This document shows, in pieces, positions 20,692 through 28,905 of a DNA stretch of 32,000 nucleotides. Within the stretch, counting starts at the first letter, position 1; each line of letters opens with the position of its first letter. The stretch is from an uncultured Erysipelotrichaceae bacterium (lineage in GTDB: Bacteria; Bacillota_I; Bacilli_A; Erysipelotrichales; Erysipelotrichaceae): positions 60,001 to 92,000 of the forward strand of contig CAYNZZ010000004.1 of assembly GCA_964401865.1 (NCBI GenBank), given 5' to 3'. The notes beneath the pieces are model-generated. The model had not been told where the DNA came from. It did no database searches and worked only from the letters and a program-made list of their open reading frames with translations. A program made the position numbers and the translations under genes.

Positions 20692-21621
20692 ATGAAATGT
20701 GCGTATTGTGGAAAAGAAGCTAAAGGTACAAAAGAGCATATCATTTCCAGTGGTATTCTCGGATTATTCCCTGAGTGCTTTGCGACAATAGATGGTGAAA
20801 GGAAAGTAGTGCATCAAGGTGACCCAATGGTTAAAGATGTGTGCGCCGATTGCAATAACAACAAAATTTCTTATATAGATTCCTACGCCAAGGCATTTAT
20901 AGAAAAGTATTTTATTAGGAAGTACACCAAGGACGAGATTTTGAAAATAGAATACGATTACTCTATGATTCAAAAAATGTGCTTGAAATATGCGTTCAAT
21001 GATTTGCGTTCGAGAAAGAAGGACACTTCATTTTTTAGTGAAGAAATTATTGGTTTTCTTTTAAATGAAAACGAAACAGAGCCATTAAGAAATGTAACAG
21101 TGTTGGCTGGACTTGCAGTAAATACTTCTCCTATGCCAGATTATGTTTTCGGTAATATGAAATTACGTTGGAGTGACTCACCAATGTTTTGCTCGAATAG
21201 TATTGCAATGAATGTTGATTATGATACAGGGAAAATAACATTACGAGATAAGATGGAAGTTCAGGAGTTTAAGAATACCGCATTATCATATGTGTTTAGA
21301 TTTAACAGTCTCCAGATATTGTTACTTTGTTGGGATAAAGAAATCACAGATGCGGATTTAATGGAAAACAAGATTGTTTTAGAGCATCAGTATCCGTATA
21401 AGATACTGGAACCTGTAGGTAATTCTGAGATATCAAGGTGTACTAGTGAGGCTACATATCATCATGAGAAAATAATTGATGTAACATGGGGGCAATCAAT
21501 TATGGATGAAATAAGTTTTATGAGAGGCACATTTACTGAGGAATATCAAAAATATATGTCTTTTGTTGAGTCTGAATGGAGTAAAGAAGAAAAGCATTTA
21601 TCAGAAGAACATCCAAGATAA
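20692..21621 (+). CDS. Hypothetical protein with an N-terminal Cys4 HNH-like (beta-beta-alpha-metal) motif and a ~250-aa unassigned C-terminal domain
   Basis: 309 aa. Motif residues are C3-x2-C6, E15-H16 (KEHIIS), and C51-x2-C54-N55 (VCADCNNNK), which fits the layout of HNH_5-type nucleases. GGAAGGAG/GAGG SD elements precede the ATG. Composition is foreign to the backbone. Confidence 0.7.
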   Translation: MKCAYCGKEAKGTKEHIISSGILGLFPECFATIDGERKVVHQGDPMVKDVCADCNNNKISYIDSYAKAFIEKYFIRKYTKDEILKIEYDYSMIQKMCLKYAFNDLRSRKKDTSFFSEEIIGFLLNENETEPLRNVTVLAGLAVNTSPMPDYVFGNMKLRWSDSPMFCSNSIAMNVDYDTGKITLRDKMEVQEFKNTALSYVFRFNSLQILLLCWDKEITDADLMENKIVLEHQYPYKILEPVGNSEISRCTSEATYHHEKIIDVTWGQSIMDEISFMRGTFTEEYQKYMSFVESEWSKEEKHLSEEHPR

Positions 21622-21672
21622 CTCGCGAAAATTACAAAGCCTATTATAGAAGCAATAGGAGGTTCGAAACAT

Positions 21673-22962
21673 ATGGAATACATAGGAATTGGTATTGTCA
21701 TAGCTGTAGCAATAGCAGCAGGCATTATCATCTATACAAAATTTAATAAGCGTGAAGCTATTCCATCAGGAGATTTGGTATCAGTGTCAACAACCAGCGG
21801 AAAAGATGAGCTTGCTGAGATTCATCAGGAAAATGAACTTATTATTCAGATGGAGATGCTCCCGGCTGAAGCTATTGATGATGAAACTAAGCTGGTAGAA
21901 ATTACCGATAGCAAGGTTCTTGCTCATGTCAATAATCTGGTTCCGGGATTGGCTCAGGCTGGCAATGCAGTAAATAATGCTGCGCAGGCTGTTCAAGCAG
22001 CGAATGGCGAAGTGTTGTATCGTGCGGTTATTCCAGCAGGTGCCAAACTGACAAATTCTAAAGCAATGGAAGGTGCTGTACGCGGTATCTATCATGGTGC
22101 TGATGGAATTAAAGGTCATGCCAATCTTGTGGCTGTAGAAGCACAAAAAGGAACTGCGGTAGTTGCTAATACTGCAGCAGCGGCAATGGGCGTTGCATCA
22201 ATGGTTGTTGGTCAGTATTACATGACTCAGATAAATGCTGAGCTAGGTGAAATCAGTGATGGCATTTCTCAGATACAGGATTTTCAGGATAATGAGTATC
22301 GCAGCAGAGTATTTTCGCTTGTAGCTCACGTAAAAAAGATTGCTGATTTCCAAACTGAAATTTTAGAAAACGATGAGTTACGTCTTTCAAAGATTGCGCA
22401 ACTTGATAGCTTGGAAGAAGAATGTACACAGCTTCTAGGACAAGCAAATCTTACACTCGCAGGTTTCGCAAAGAAAACGGGTCTAGATTATGAAGCTTAT
22501 GAGAAGGCATTAGGTAATGCGCAGAACTGGTTTATGTATCAGAAGTCATTATTGGATGTGCTTTACAAGATATCTGATTTGAGATATACATTGCACTTGG
22601 GTGCTGTATCAAGGGAACAGTGTGTTGCGTTATTACCAACCTACACTAAGCAAGTAAGTGATACTCAAGAACGACTTACAGCATGGCATGATGGAACAAC
22701 TCAACGCTTAGGCATCGAAACTGATGAAATTCGCAGAAAAAGAGCTGGATTTGATAGCGTGATTCATTTCATACCGGGACTGTTTAACGATGATTTCAAT
22801 TTCCGTTCGATAGAAAAGAAAACAGCAAAAATGATTACTGCGCAGGCATCTGGTCATGAATCATTACATGTTGTGGATACATCAGAGCTATATTCAGAAG
22901 ATGTTCAACTAATTTCAAAAGATGGAAAGATTTATTATCTTCCTGAAAGTAAAGCAGAGTAA
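21673..22962 (+). CDS. Hypothetical membrane-anchored protein (N-terminal TM helix, Ala/Gly-rich hydrophobic segment at residues ~161-183, long helical C-terminal region)
   Basis: 429 aa with a TM helix (IGIGIVIAVAIAAGIIIY) and a second hydrophobic stretch (TAVVANTAAAAMGVASMVVGQYY). A TAGGAGG SD lies 10 nt upstream. It is 51 nt downstream of the HNH-like gene. No family was recognised. Confidence 0.7.
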   Translation: MEYIGIGIVIAVAIAAGIIIYTKFNKREAIPSGDLVSVSTTSGKDELAEIHQENELIIQMEMLPAEAIDDETKLVEITDSKVLAHVNNLVPGLAQAGNAVNNAAQAVQAANGEVLYRAVIPAGAKLTNSKAMEGAVRGIYHGADGIKGHANLVAVEAQKGTAVVANTAAAAMGVASMVVGQYYMTQINAELGEISDGISQIQDFQDNEYRSRVFSLVAHVKKIADFQTEILENDELRLSKIAQLDSLEEECTQLLGQANLTLAGFAKKTGLDYEAYEKALGNAQNWFMYQKSLLDVLYKISDLRYTLHLGAVSREQCVALLPTYTKQVSDTQERLTAWHDGTTQRLGIETDEIRRKRAGFDSVIHFIPGLFNDDFNFRSIEKKTAKMITAQASGHESLHVVDTSELYSEDVQLISKDGKIYYLPESKAE

Positions 22963-22970
22963 ATAAAAAC

Positions 22971-23004
22971 AACCCTCTCAACCATCATGGCTGGGAGGGT
23001 TTTG
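22971..23004. terminator. Bidirectional hairpin AACCCTC-N17-GAGGGTT between convergent genes
   Basis: The stem was read directly (22971-22977 / 22995-23001). A U-run follows on the minus-strand reading (GTTGTTTTTATTT) and a weaker TTTG on the plus strand. Confidence 0.6.
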
Positions 23005-23015
23005 TGCGTCTTGTG

Positions 23016-24584
23016 CTATCTTTCTACATCGACCTTGAGTCCGGATTTCAATTCAACGGTGCAGTGGGTTGGCCAGATTATGATTTGTTTAAGCCAGCGT
23101 TTTACAAGGGTTTCATCAAACACTGTAAGGTCGGAAGGCTGGTCTTTAATGAAATCCTGCAATTCGTTTATGCGCTGTAACTGTTCATCACGCTGTACCG
23201 TGTCAATTGATGCTTGCTGACGCTTTTCTCTGAGTGTAAAAATCTGGTCGGCAATCTCGTCGTAGGCTTCTTTGTTGTTGGCCTTTTTAACAAGCTCCTG
23301 CTGAAGTTCCATAAGCTTCTCATCAATACCATCCGTGGTGATTGCTGCAGAAGCTCTGATGACCGAGGCGATGTTTTGCTGTAGCTGTTTCTGGTATTTG
23401 GATTTATCACCAAGGAGCTCATTCAAGGCAATGAGTACGATTTCCTGTAGGTCAAGCTCGTTGATGGTTCTGGCGTGGCATTCAAGGCCAGTAGGTTCTA
23501 GCTTGCTAATGCAGTGCCAGACGATGGACTTGCAGCCGCGATTGTTCCAATGAATTCTTCTGAACATCTCACCGCAGTCGCCACAAATGATAATCTGTGA
23601 GAAGCAGTGGTTGCAACTGTAGCTTCGTTTCTTTCCATTGGCGCTGGTCTTAACCACTCGTCTGCGTACCAATTCTTCCTGCACACGCATGTAAATCTCT
23701 TTTGGGATAATCGCTTCGTGGTTTCCTTCAACATAATACTGCGGAACGATGCCAGTGTTTTTAACTCTTGTCTTGTTAAGAAAATCGGTGGTGTAAGTCT
23801 TTTGAAGAAGGGCATCACCGATGTATTTTTCATTGCGGAGAATCTTGTTGATGGTGCTTGTATGCCAGCGTGGTTTACCTGCGCCGGTAAGAATACCATC
23901 CGCTTCAAGACCTGCAGCAATCTTATCCATACTGTAGCCTTCAAGGTACTCTCGGTAGATGCGCTTTACAACTTCAGCCTGTTCAGGGTCAATGACAAGG
24001 TTGCCATCTTCATCTTTGGTGTAGCCAAGGAAGCGGTTGTGGTTTACCTGCACTTGACCATTCTGGTAGCGGAACTGAAGACCAAGCTTTACGTTCTGGC
24101 TTAAAGACTGTGATTCTTGCTGGGCCAGTGAAGCCATAATCGTAAGAAGAACTTCACCCTTGGCATCCATTGTATTGATTGCCTCTTTTTCAAAGAATAC
24201 AGGGATGTTCTTTTCCTTAAGCTGTCTGATGTATTTCAAGCAGTCTAAGGTGTTTCTGGCAAATCGGCTGATTGATTTTGTGATAATCATGTCGATGGTG
24301 CCAGCTTCGCAATCCTCAATCATTCGGTTGAATTCTTCTCTGTTCTTTGTGTTGGTACCGGAAATACCGTCATCAGCGTATATTCCGACAAATTCCCATT
24401 CAGGGTTCTTCTTAATATATTCTGTGTAGTGCTCAACCTGAGCTTCATAACTTGTAGCCTGCTCATCGCTGTCAGTACTTACTCTACAGTACGCCGCGAC
24501 TCGGAGTTTAGGCTTTGCATCCTGCTTGCGACCGGTATTACCAATTTGTCGCTTGGCAGGAATGACCATTACATTTCCCATCAA
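23016..24584 (-). CDS. Large serine recombinase (intact)
   Basis: 522 aa with the resolvase catalytic region ([21 protein letters not shown]). It also has a recombinase domain, a Cys-rich zinc ribbon ([18 protein letters not shown]...WHC) and a C-terminal coiled coil. Confidence 0.9.
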   Translation of the reverse strand: MMGNVMVIPAKRQIGNTGRKQDAKPKLRVAAYCRVSTDSDEQATSYEAQVEHYTEYIKKNPEWEFVGIYADDGISGTNTKNREEFNRMIEDCEAGTIDMIITKSISRFARNTLDCLKYIRQLKEKNIPVFFEKEAINTMDAKGEVLLTIMASLAQQESQSLSQNVKLGLQFRYQNGQVQVNHNRFLGYTKDEDGNLVIDPEQAEVVKRIYREYLEGYSMDKIAAGLEADGILTGAGKPRWHTSTINKILRNEKYIGDALLQKTYTTDFLNKTRVKNTGIVPQYYVEGNHEAIIPKEIYMRVQEELVRRRVVKTSANGKKRSYSCNHCFSQIIICGDCGEMFRRIHWNNRGCKSIVWHCISKLEPTGLECHARTINELDLQEIVLIALNELLGDKSKYQKQLQQNIASVIRASAAITTDGIDEKLMELQQELVKKANNKEAYDEIADQIFTLREKRQQASIDTVQRDEQLQRINELQDFIKDQPSDLTVFDETLVKRWLKQIIIWPTHCTVELKSGLKVDVER

Positions 24585-25000
24585 ATAACCTCGCTTTCTA
24601 TAAGGCTGTATAAGTACTCAGCCTGTTTTACTGGATTGTCAAAATACTCTGTGATATCGCTGAAGCGGAAGAGTATTGGAGCCTTTTTCTCAGGTAGTTC
24701 TTTGAATCTGTCGTTGCGGCCAAGTTTGGCTGACCTGCGTCTGATTTCTCTACCTGCAGCAATGAAGGTTTCCTTATCGATGATGGCTGGATAAAAGTCA
24801 TCACCGAGATAATGCTTGTTTTGCATAATTCGCTTGGAACCTGCGTGAAGAGCATTGATTCCAGCTTCCTTAGCAGCATTCGTAAGTGAAAGACCACTAA
24901 GGTAATTCTTGTATAGCTGTCGTACCTTAGCTGCAGTTTCTTCATCGATAACTGCGATTCCATTTTCGATACGATAGCCAAGTGGCGTATGTCCCATCAA
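24581..25000 (-). CDS. Small recombinase-domain accessory protein (no catalytic resolvase domain)
   Basis: 139 aa. [40 protein letters not shown] resembles the recombinase/HTH subdomain of large serine recombinases. ATGA overlaps at both ends indicate translational coupling. Confidence 0.7.
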   Translation of the reverse strand: MMGHTPLGYRIENGIAVIDEETAAKVRQLYKNYLSGLSLTNAAKEAGINALHAGSKRIMQNKHYLGDDFYPAIIDKETFIAAGREIRRRSAKLGRNDRFKELPEKKAPILFRFSDITEYFDNPVKQAEYLYSLIESEVI

Positions 25001-26296
25001 ATCATCTCCTTAAAAGTAAGACCACACTTCATGACAAATCCGACTTCCTTTCTGGAATACACCAGAATGTGGTCTACAAATCTCTCAAATAAATCTTCGC
25101 TGTATTCTTCCAGCATTGAACCACGTTCCGCAAAGTGGAGTAGGCGTTCAGCTTCAAAGAACCTAGAGCTGTCACCGCTCATCGTAGCATTGATAACCTC
25201 GATGTTCTCCCTGTAGGTATTGGCCTGTGCAAGAAGAGCATTTGTTTCGCTGTTGTACAATGCTTGGTCGATGTAGCCTTGCGCCATCAGTCTGGTTAAA
25301 GTTTCTCGCTGTTCCGTATTCTGCTCCAGAAGTCGTTCTAAGTGCTGAATTCTTACAAGGTTCTCATCACTGGAATTGCTCTGGAGGGCAGCAGCATAAG
25401 GTTTCAAGACTAGCTTGTGGCTGTAGATTAGTTTGTTAAGAACGGTAACGAAAGCTACCTTTAAATCTTCATCCTTAAGAAATAGCATCGAGCATTTTGT
25501 TTTATCTGCCAGATGGGTATTGTAGCACCAAGCTACGTATTTGCCATAGGTACTGGAGTGCATCCTTCTCCTGAAGGTATCGCCACATTCGTCGCAGATG
25601 ATTTTTCCGGAGAAGGCATAACGCTGCTGGTACTTATTGCTTTCACGCTGGATACCTTTTTCAGCAGCGCGTTGGGTTACCAAAAGTCCTGCTGCTTCAA
25701 AATCTTCTTTACTGATAATGGCTTCGTGATGGTCGGCAACATAATACATATCAAGTTCACGTTTGTTGTATGTCTGTTGAAAGAACCATCTGTAAAGGTC
25801 TTCTGGAAGATAACGTCGCCGGTATATTTCTCATTGGCAAGAATGCCTCTAATACTTGTTGATGTCCATTTACTACCACGCTCGGTAGGGGCACCTTCAT
25901 CCTCAAGGGCTCTTGCGATAGCATCCGTACCTTTACCGGAAAGAACATCAACAAAGATATGTTTTACAACTTCAGCCTGCTCAGGAATAACGCGAAGTGT
26001 GCGTCCATCCCAGCGGTATCTGTAAGGAGCGTAGCTAAGTTTGAAGGTTCCATTCTGGAATCGCTTCTTGATTGACCACTTGCTGTTTTCAGAAATAGAA
26101 GTGGATTCACCTTCGGCCATTGAGCTTAGGATTGTCAGGAATAGTTCGTTTTCCATTGAGCCGGTGTTTATGTTTTCTTTTTCAAAGTAAATAGGAACAT
26201 CCAGCTACTGCAGCTTTCTGACAAGCTCCAAGCAGTCAGTTGTGTTTCTTGAGAATTGGCTGATGGATTTTGTAATGATGAAGTCTATCTTCTTCA
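24997..26296 (-). pseudogene. Second large serine recombinase, inactivated: 5' truncation (catalytic Ser region missing), in-frame TAG at 26205-26207, and a frameshift near 25750
   Basis: My translation of the minus strand upstream of 26156 gives [53 protein letters not shown]. This is collinear with [42 protein letters not shown] in the intact paralogue. The 159-aa and 250-aa ORFs continue the alignment in different frames. Confidence 0.85.
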
Positions 26297-26304
26297 AGGT
26301 GTAG

Positions 26305-26637
26305 TTTTACAAATATTATAGTGGGCTTGGGATTGAGAGAAATGACATAGAGGGTGTTCTTGAATTGAACCTAGAGCAGCATAGCTATGATATTTTGATC
26401 TATGACAATGTTCCGGGAGGAGCAGGTCATGTTAAGAGACTGGTTGAGAAGAACGCTGTAATAACATCTTTAAATGCAGCATATGTGAAAGTATCACAAC
26501 AATGTTGCGATAAAAACACTTCTTGCTATAACTGCCTTAGAAACTATTGCAACCAAGCAAATCACAGTAAATTAAAACGCAAGTATGCTCGTGATTTCAT
26601 TGAAAGTCTATTGAGACAAATAGGTGTTAGACCTTAA
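26305..26637 (+). pseudogene. C-terminal remnant of a DUF1998/MZB (MrfA-type zinc-binding) domain protein, the type associated with DEAD/DEAH helicases
   Basis: The frame opens at 26305 right after the truncated recombinase. The region ILIYDNVPGGAGHVKRL...CCDKNTSCYNCLRNYCNQANHSKL matches the DUF1998 C-terminal Cys4 module. There is no plausible N-terminus, SD or helicase body. Confidence 0.65.
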
Positions 26638-26639
26638 AA

Positions 26640-26906
26640 CAGTCTTTATAGGTATAAGGGAGAGCGTGTTTTGGAAGCAAAATGTATTATTCAGCTTCTT
26701 GTATCTGATGATGTCGCCTCATGCAGAAATATATGTGCATGAAGATGACAGTACAAAGCAGATATATGGATTTATCGGATTGGATAATGACTATATTGCG
26801 GGTGTTTTTTGCAAAAGAAACAATGCAATCCGGGAGAAAAGGAATTTTTAATGGTTTGGAATCATTAACTTCCAATTTGTGTGGGAGAAACACAGAATCT
26901 AGATAA
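26640..26906 (+). pseudogene. GNAT acetyltransferase remnant (frameshifted and truncated)
   Basis: Frame 1 reads AEIYVHEDDSTKQIYGFIGLDNDYIAGVF. A second frame continues FFAKETMQSGRKGIFNGL, which resembles the GNAT motif A region. Neither frame gives a complete domain. Confidence 0.4.
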
Positions 26907-26966
26907 GGGTGGGTTCACTTCAAGAAATAAAGGATTATATTTAAATAAAAAAATGATTAGTACTAG

Positions 26967-26991
26967 ACACTCACATATTGAGTGTTTTTTA
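26967..26991 (+). terminator. Intrinsic terminator ACACTCA-CATAT-TGAGTGT plus T-run
   Basis: Read directly. It marks the end of the island-side transcription unit before a ~200-nt very AT-rich spacer. Confidence 0.6.
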
Positions 26992-27199
26992 TTATGATCG
27001 ATTATTAATATTCAAATGGATTTACCTCTTTTTCTTCGATTACAGGTTTTAATTGATTTAAAATTTTTCATCAATAGGTAATCTAATCCAAATTATATAT
27101 CTTCATTTAATTATACTTTTAGCTTTATTTATTAGTTAGTAATATTTTTGTTGAATGATTATATAATCTATAATTGGAAATATATGATTGGAGATTTAA

Positions 27200-27664
27200 G
27201 TGATTGAATTGTATAAACCTAAAATAGAAGAGTTATGGTTCAGAGAAGCAATGCTAAATGATAAACAAACTATGTCTTACAATAATGCTTATGGTGGCAC
27301 AATACCATTTCCAAAAGAAAAATGGCAATCGTGGTACGATAAGTGGTTAGTAAATGCTGAAGATAAAAGATTCTATAGGTACATTAAAGATAACGATGAT
27401 TTTGTAGGTAATGTAGCATATTATTTTGACGAAGATAGAGAAATATATATTACGGAAATAGTTGTATATGCTCCGTATAGAAGAAAAGGATATGGCTACA
27501 GTGCGTTATTAAAAATATGCGAGATTGCTAAAAACAATGGTATAAGTGAAATATACGATGACATAGCTATAGACAATCCGTCGATTTCATTATTTATTAA
27601 ATGTGGTTTTAAGAAAGTGATGCAAACTGATGAGTATATTTTGGTTAAAAGAGAATTTGATTAG
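27200..27664 (+). CDS. GNAT-family N-acetyltransferase
   Basis: 154 aa with GNAT motif A (VVYAPYRRKGYGYSALLKICEIAKNNG). It uses a GTG start with a GGAG SD 7 nt upstream. Confidence 0.8.
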   Translation: MIELYKPKIEELWFREAMLNDKQTMSYNNAYGGTIPFPKEKWQSWYDKWLVNAEDKRFYRYIKDNDDFVGNVAYYFDEDREIYITEIVVYAPYRRKGYGYSALLKICEIAKNNGISEIYDDIAIDNPSISLFIKCGFKKVMQTDEYILVKREFD

Positions 27665-27801
27665 GTAATTAAATCATTATTTTATTTATACTATCCAGCG
27701 TGATATTCAATCACATTCGGCAGTAAGCAGAAATATAAATAAATATATGCAAGCTAACTGAGATTGTATAGATTAGAAATATTTTATATTCTTAAAATAA
27801 G

Positions 27802-27836
27802 TTAACATATTTTAACATAACTACTACTTAACATAA
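27802..27836 (+). repeat. Three direct copies of TTAACATA (27802, 27812, 27829) upstream of the SWIM gene promoter
   Basis: Read directly. They are followed by a tandem GAATCAT x2 (27849-27863) and an extended -10 TGtTAGAAT (27875-27883). Confidence 0.4.
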
Positions 27837-27909
27837 GAAACAATAACGGAATCATTGAATCATAGAATACGCATTGTTAGAATTGAGATGTATTAGAAAG
27901 AGGTATAAT

Positions 27910-28794
27910 ATGTCAGATAATAATGTGATAAAAATAATTGATAATGAAATATTAGATGATGAAGAAGAATCAACACTTTATTGTGATGAAGGAAAAATCT
28001 TAGGTAAAATGAAAGATGAATTTCATGACAAGATTAAAAGAAGAGGAAAAGATTATTACTATCTTGGAAATGTTCTAAAGTGTTTTAAAGATGGCAATAG
28101 TTATGTTGCGAAAGTAAAAGGTTCTTTGCCAAAACCATACACTGTGAAAATTACCAATAGTATTTATGATGGCATAAAAATGGAATGTGATTGCCCATGT
28201 GACTATCCATGTAAACATGAATATGCTGCATTGATGGCTATATCTAATCAAGAATATAAAGAAGTGACATTGAAACCTGAATTAACAAAAAAGAAAAAGC
28301 CATTGTGTTCAATTATTGAAAGCATTCCTGCCGAAGAAATTAAGTCATATTTATTATCTCCGGTAGGCGAAGATTATGTTTGCTTTGAAATGATGGCCTT
28401 CGAGAAATATTTTATAAAGTATCTGCCAAAACAAGATTATGATTTTTACTATAACAACCTCTACAACAAAATTCTTTTAGAGGAAGATACAGATATGATA
28501 TTAGAGTCGTATTTGGATAAAACTAAACAATATATTGATGGCGATGATTTTGTTGAAAGCTTTAAAATAATAAAAAGTATAATCGAAGCTTATAACGATT
28601 CAAATAGACTCAATTTTGATGATTGTATTATTGATACATTATCTAAAATTGGTATGTTTTTAAGAATTATATATCGAAAGTGTGATATTGATACAAAGAA
28701 AGATATTGATGAATGGGCAGTATCTTTAAAAGATAGTGATTATTATGATAACTATTATTTAGAAGATATTATCAAAATGGTTAAAAGTATTTAA
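27910..28794 (+). CDS. SWIM zinc-finger domain protein
   Basis: The SWIM signature CxCx(n)CxH is present in ECDCPCDYPCKHEYAALMAI. The ATG at 27910 has an AGAGG SD 6 nt upstream. The TTG at 27874 lies inside the putative -10 element and was not used. Confidence 0.75.
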   Translation: MSDNNVIKIIDNEILDDEEESTLYCDEGKILGKMKDEFHDKIKRRGKDYYYLGNVLKCFKDGNSYVAKVKGSLPKPYTVKITNSIYDGIKMECDCPCDYPCKHEYAALMAISNQEYKEVTLKPELTKKKKPLCSIIESIPAEEIKSYLLSPVGEDYVCFEMMAFEKYFIKYLPKQDYDFYYNNLYNKILLEEDTDMILESYLDKTKQYIDGDDFVESFKIIKSIIEAYNDSNRLNFDDCIIDTLSKIGMFLRIIYRKCDIDTKKDIDEWAVSLKDSDYYDNYYLEDIIKMVKSI

Positions 28795-28802
28795 GAAAAA
28801 TT

Positions 28803-28832
28803 GAGGTAGTTTATAGATGACTATCTCTTTTT
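28803..28832 (+). terminator. Intrinsic terminator GAGGTAGT-N9-ACTATCTC plus T-run
   Basis: An 8-bp stem with one G-U pair was read directly. Confidence 0.6.
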
Positions 28833-28905
28833 ATAAGAATGGTTACTAAAGCTAGAAACAATGTGTAAAACGATTTAATATTATATTAAGGAAGGAAGTT
28901 GCCTT

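Larger units (their letters stand above)
20420..26910. mobile_element. Decayed integrative element or genomic island inserted directly after rlmD; boundaries approximate
   Basis: G+C is visibly higher than the flanks, by eye, and is highest over 22990-26300. The segment carries a serine-recombinase trio, one member of which is a pseudogene, plus truncated cargo genes. The backbone-like low-G+C character resumes at ~26.9 kb. No flanking direct repeats were found, which is expected for serine recombinases. Confidence 0.55.

Noticed and set aside
22987-23220. 77-aa + strand ORF starting in the terminator hairpin after the membrane-protein gene
   Set aside because: It begins inside the hairpin loop, runs antisense through the 3' end of the intact recombinase, and has no SD or recognisable motif.
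23168-26025. Many 65-170-aa ORFs overlapping the recombinase genes on both strands (e.g. 23335..23553 +, 23498..23944 -, 23607..24104 +, 24160..24429 +, 24429..24794 +, 24628..24981 -, 25227..25439 +, 25513..26025 +, 25757..25954 -)
   Set aside because: They sit entirely inside well-supported recombinase reading frames. Their peptides are low-complexity and motif-free with no SD. They are the expected by-product of higher G+C, which yields fewer random stops.
26950-26994. Translation ...STRHSHIECFLL* as a displaced original C-terminus of rlmD (compare FPHTMHVETVCLM), which would mark attR
   Set aside because: Only about 4 of 13 positions agree. The segment is better explained as a terminator hairpin (ACACTCA/TGAGTGT plus T-run). 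Serine-recombinase elements need not duplicate target sequence.
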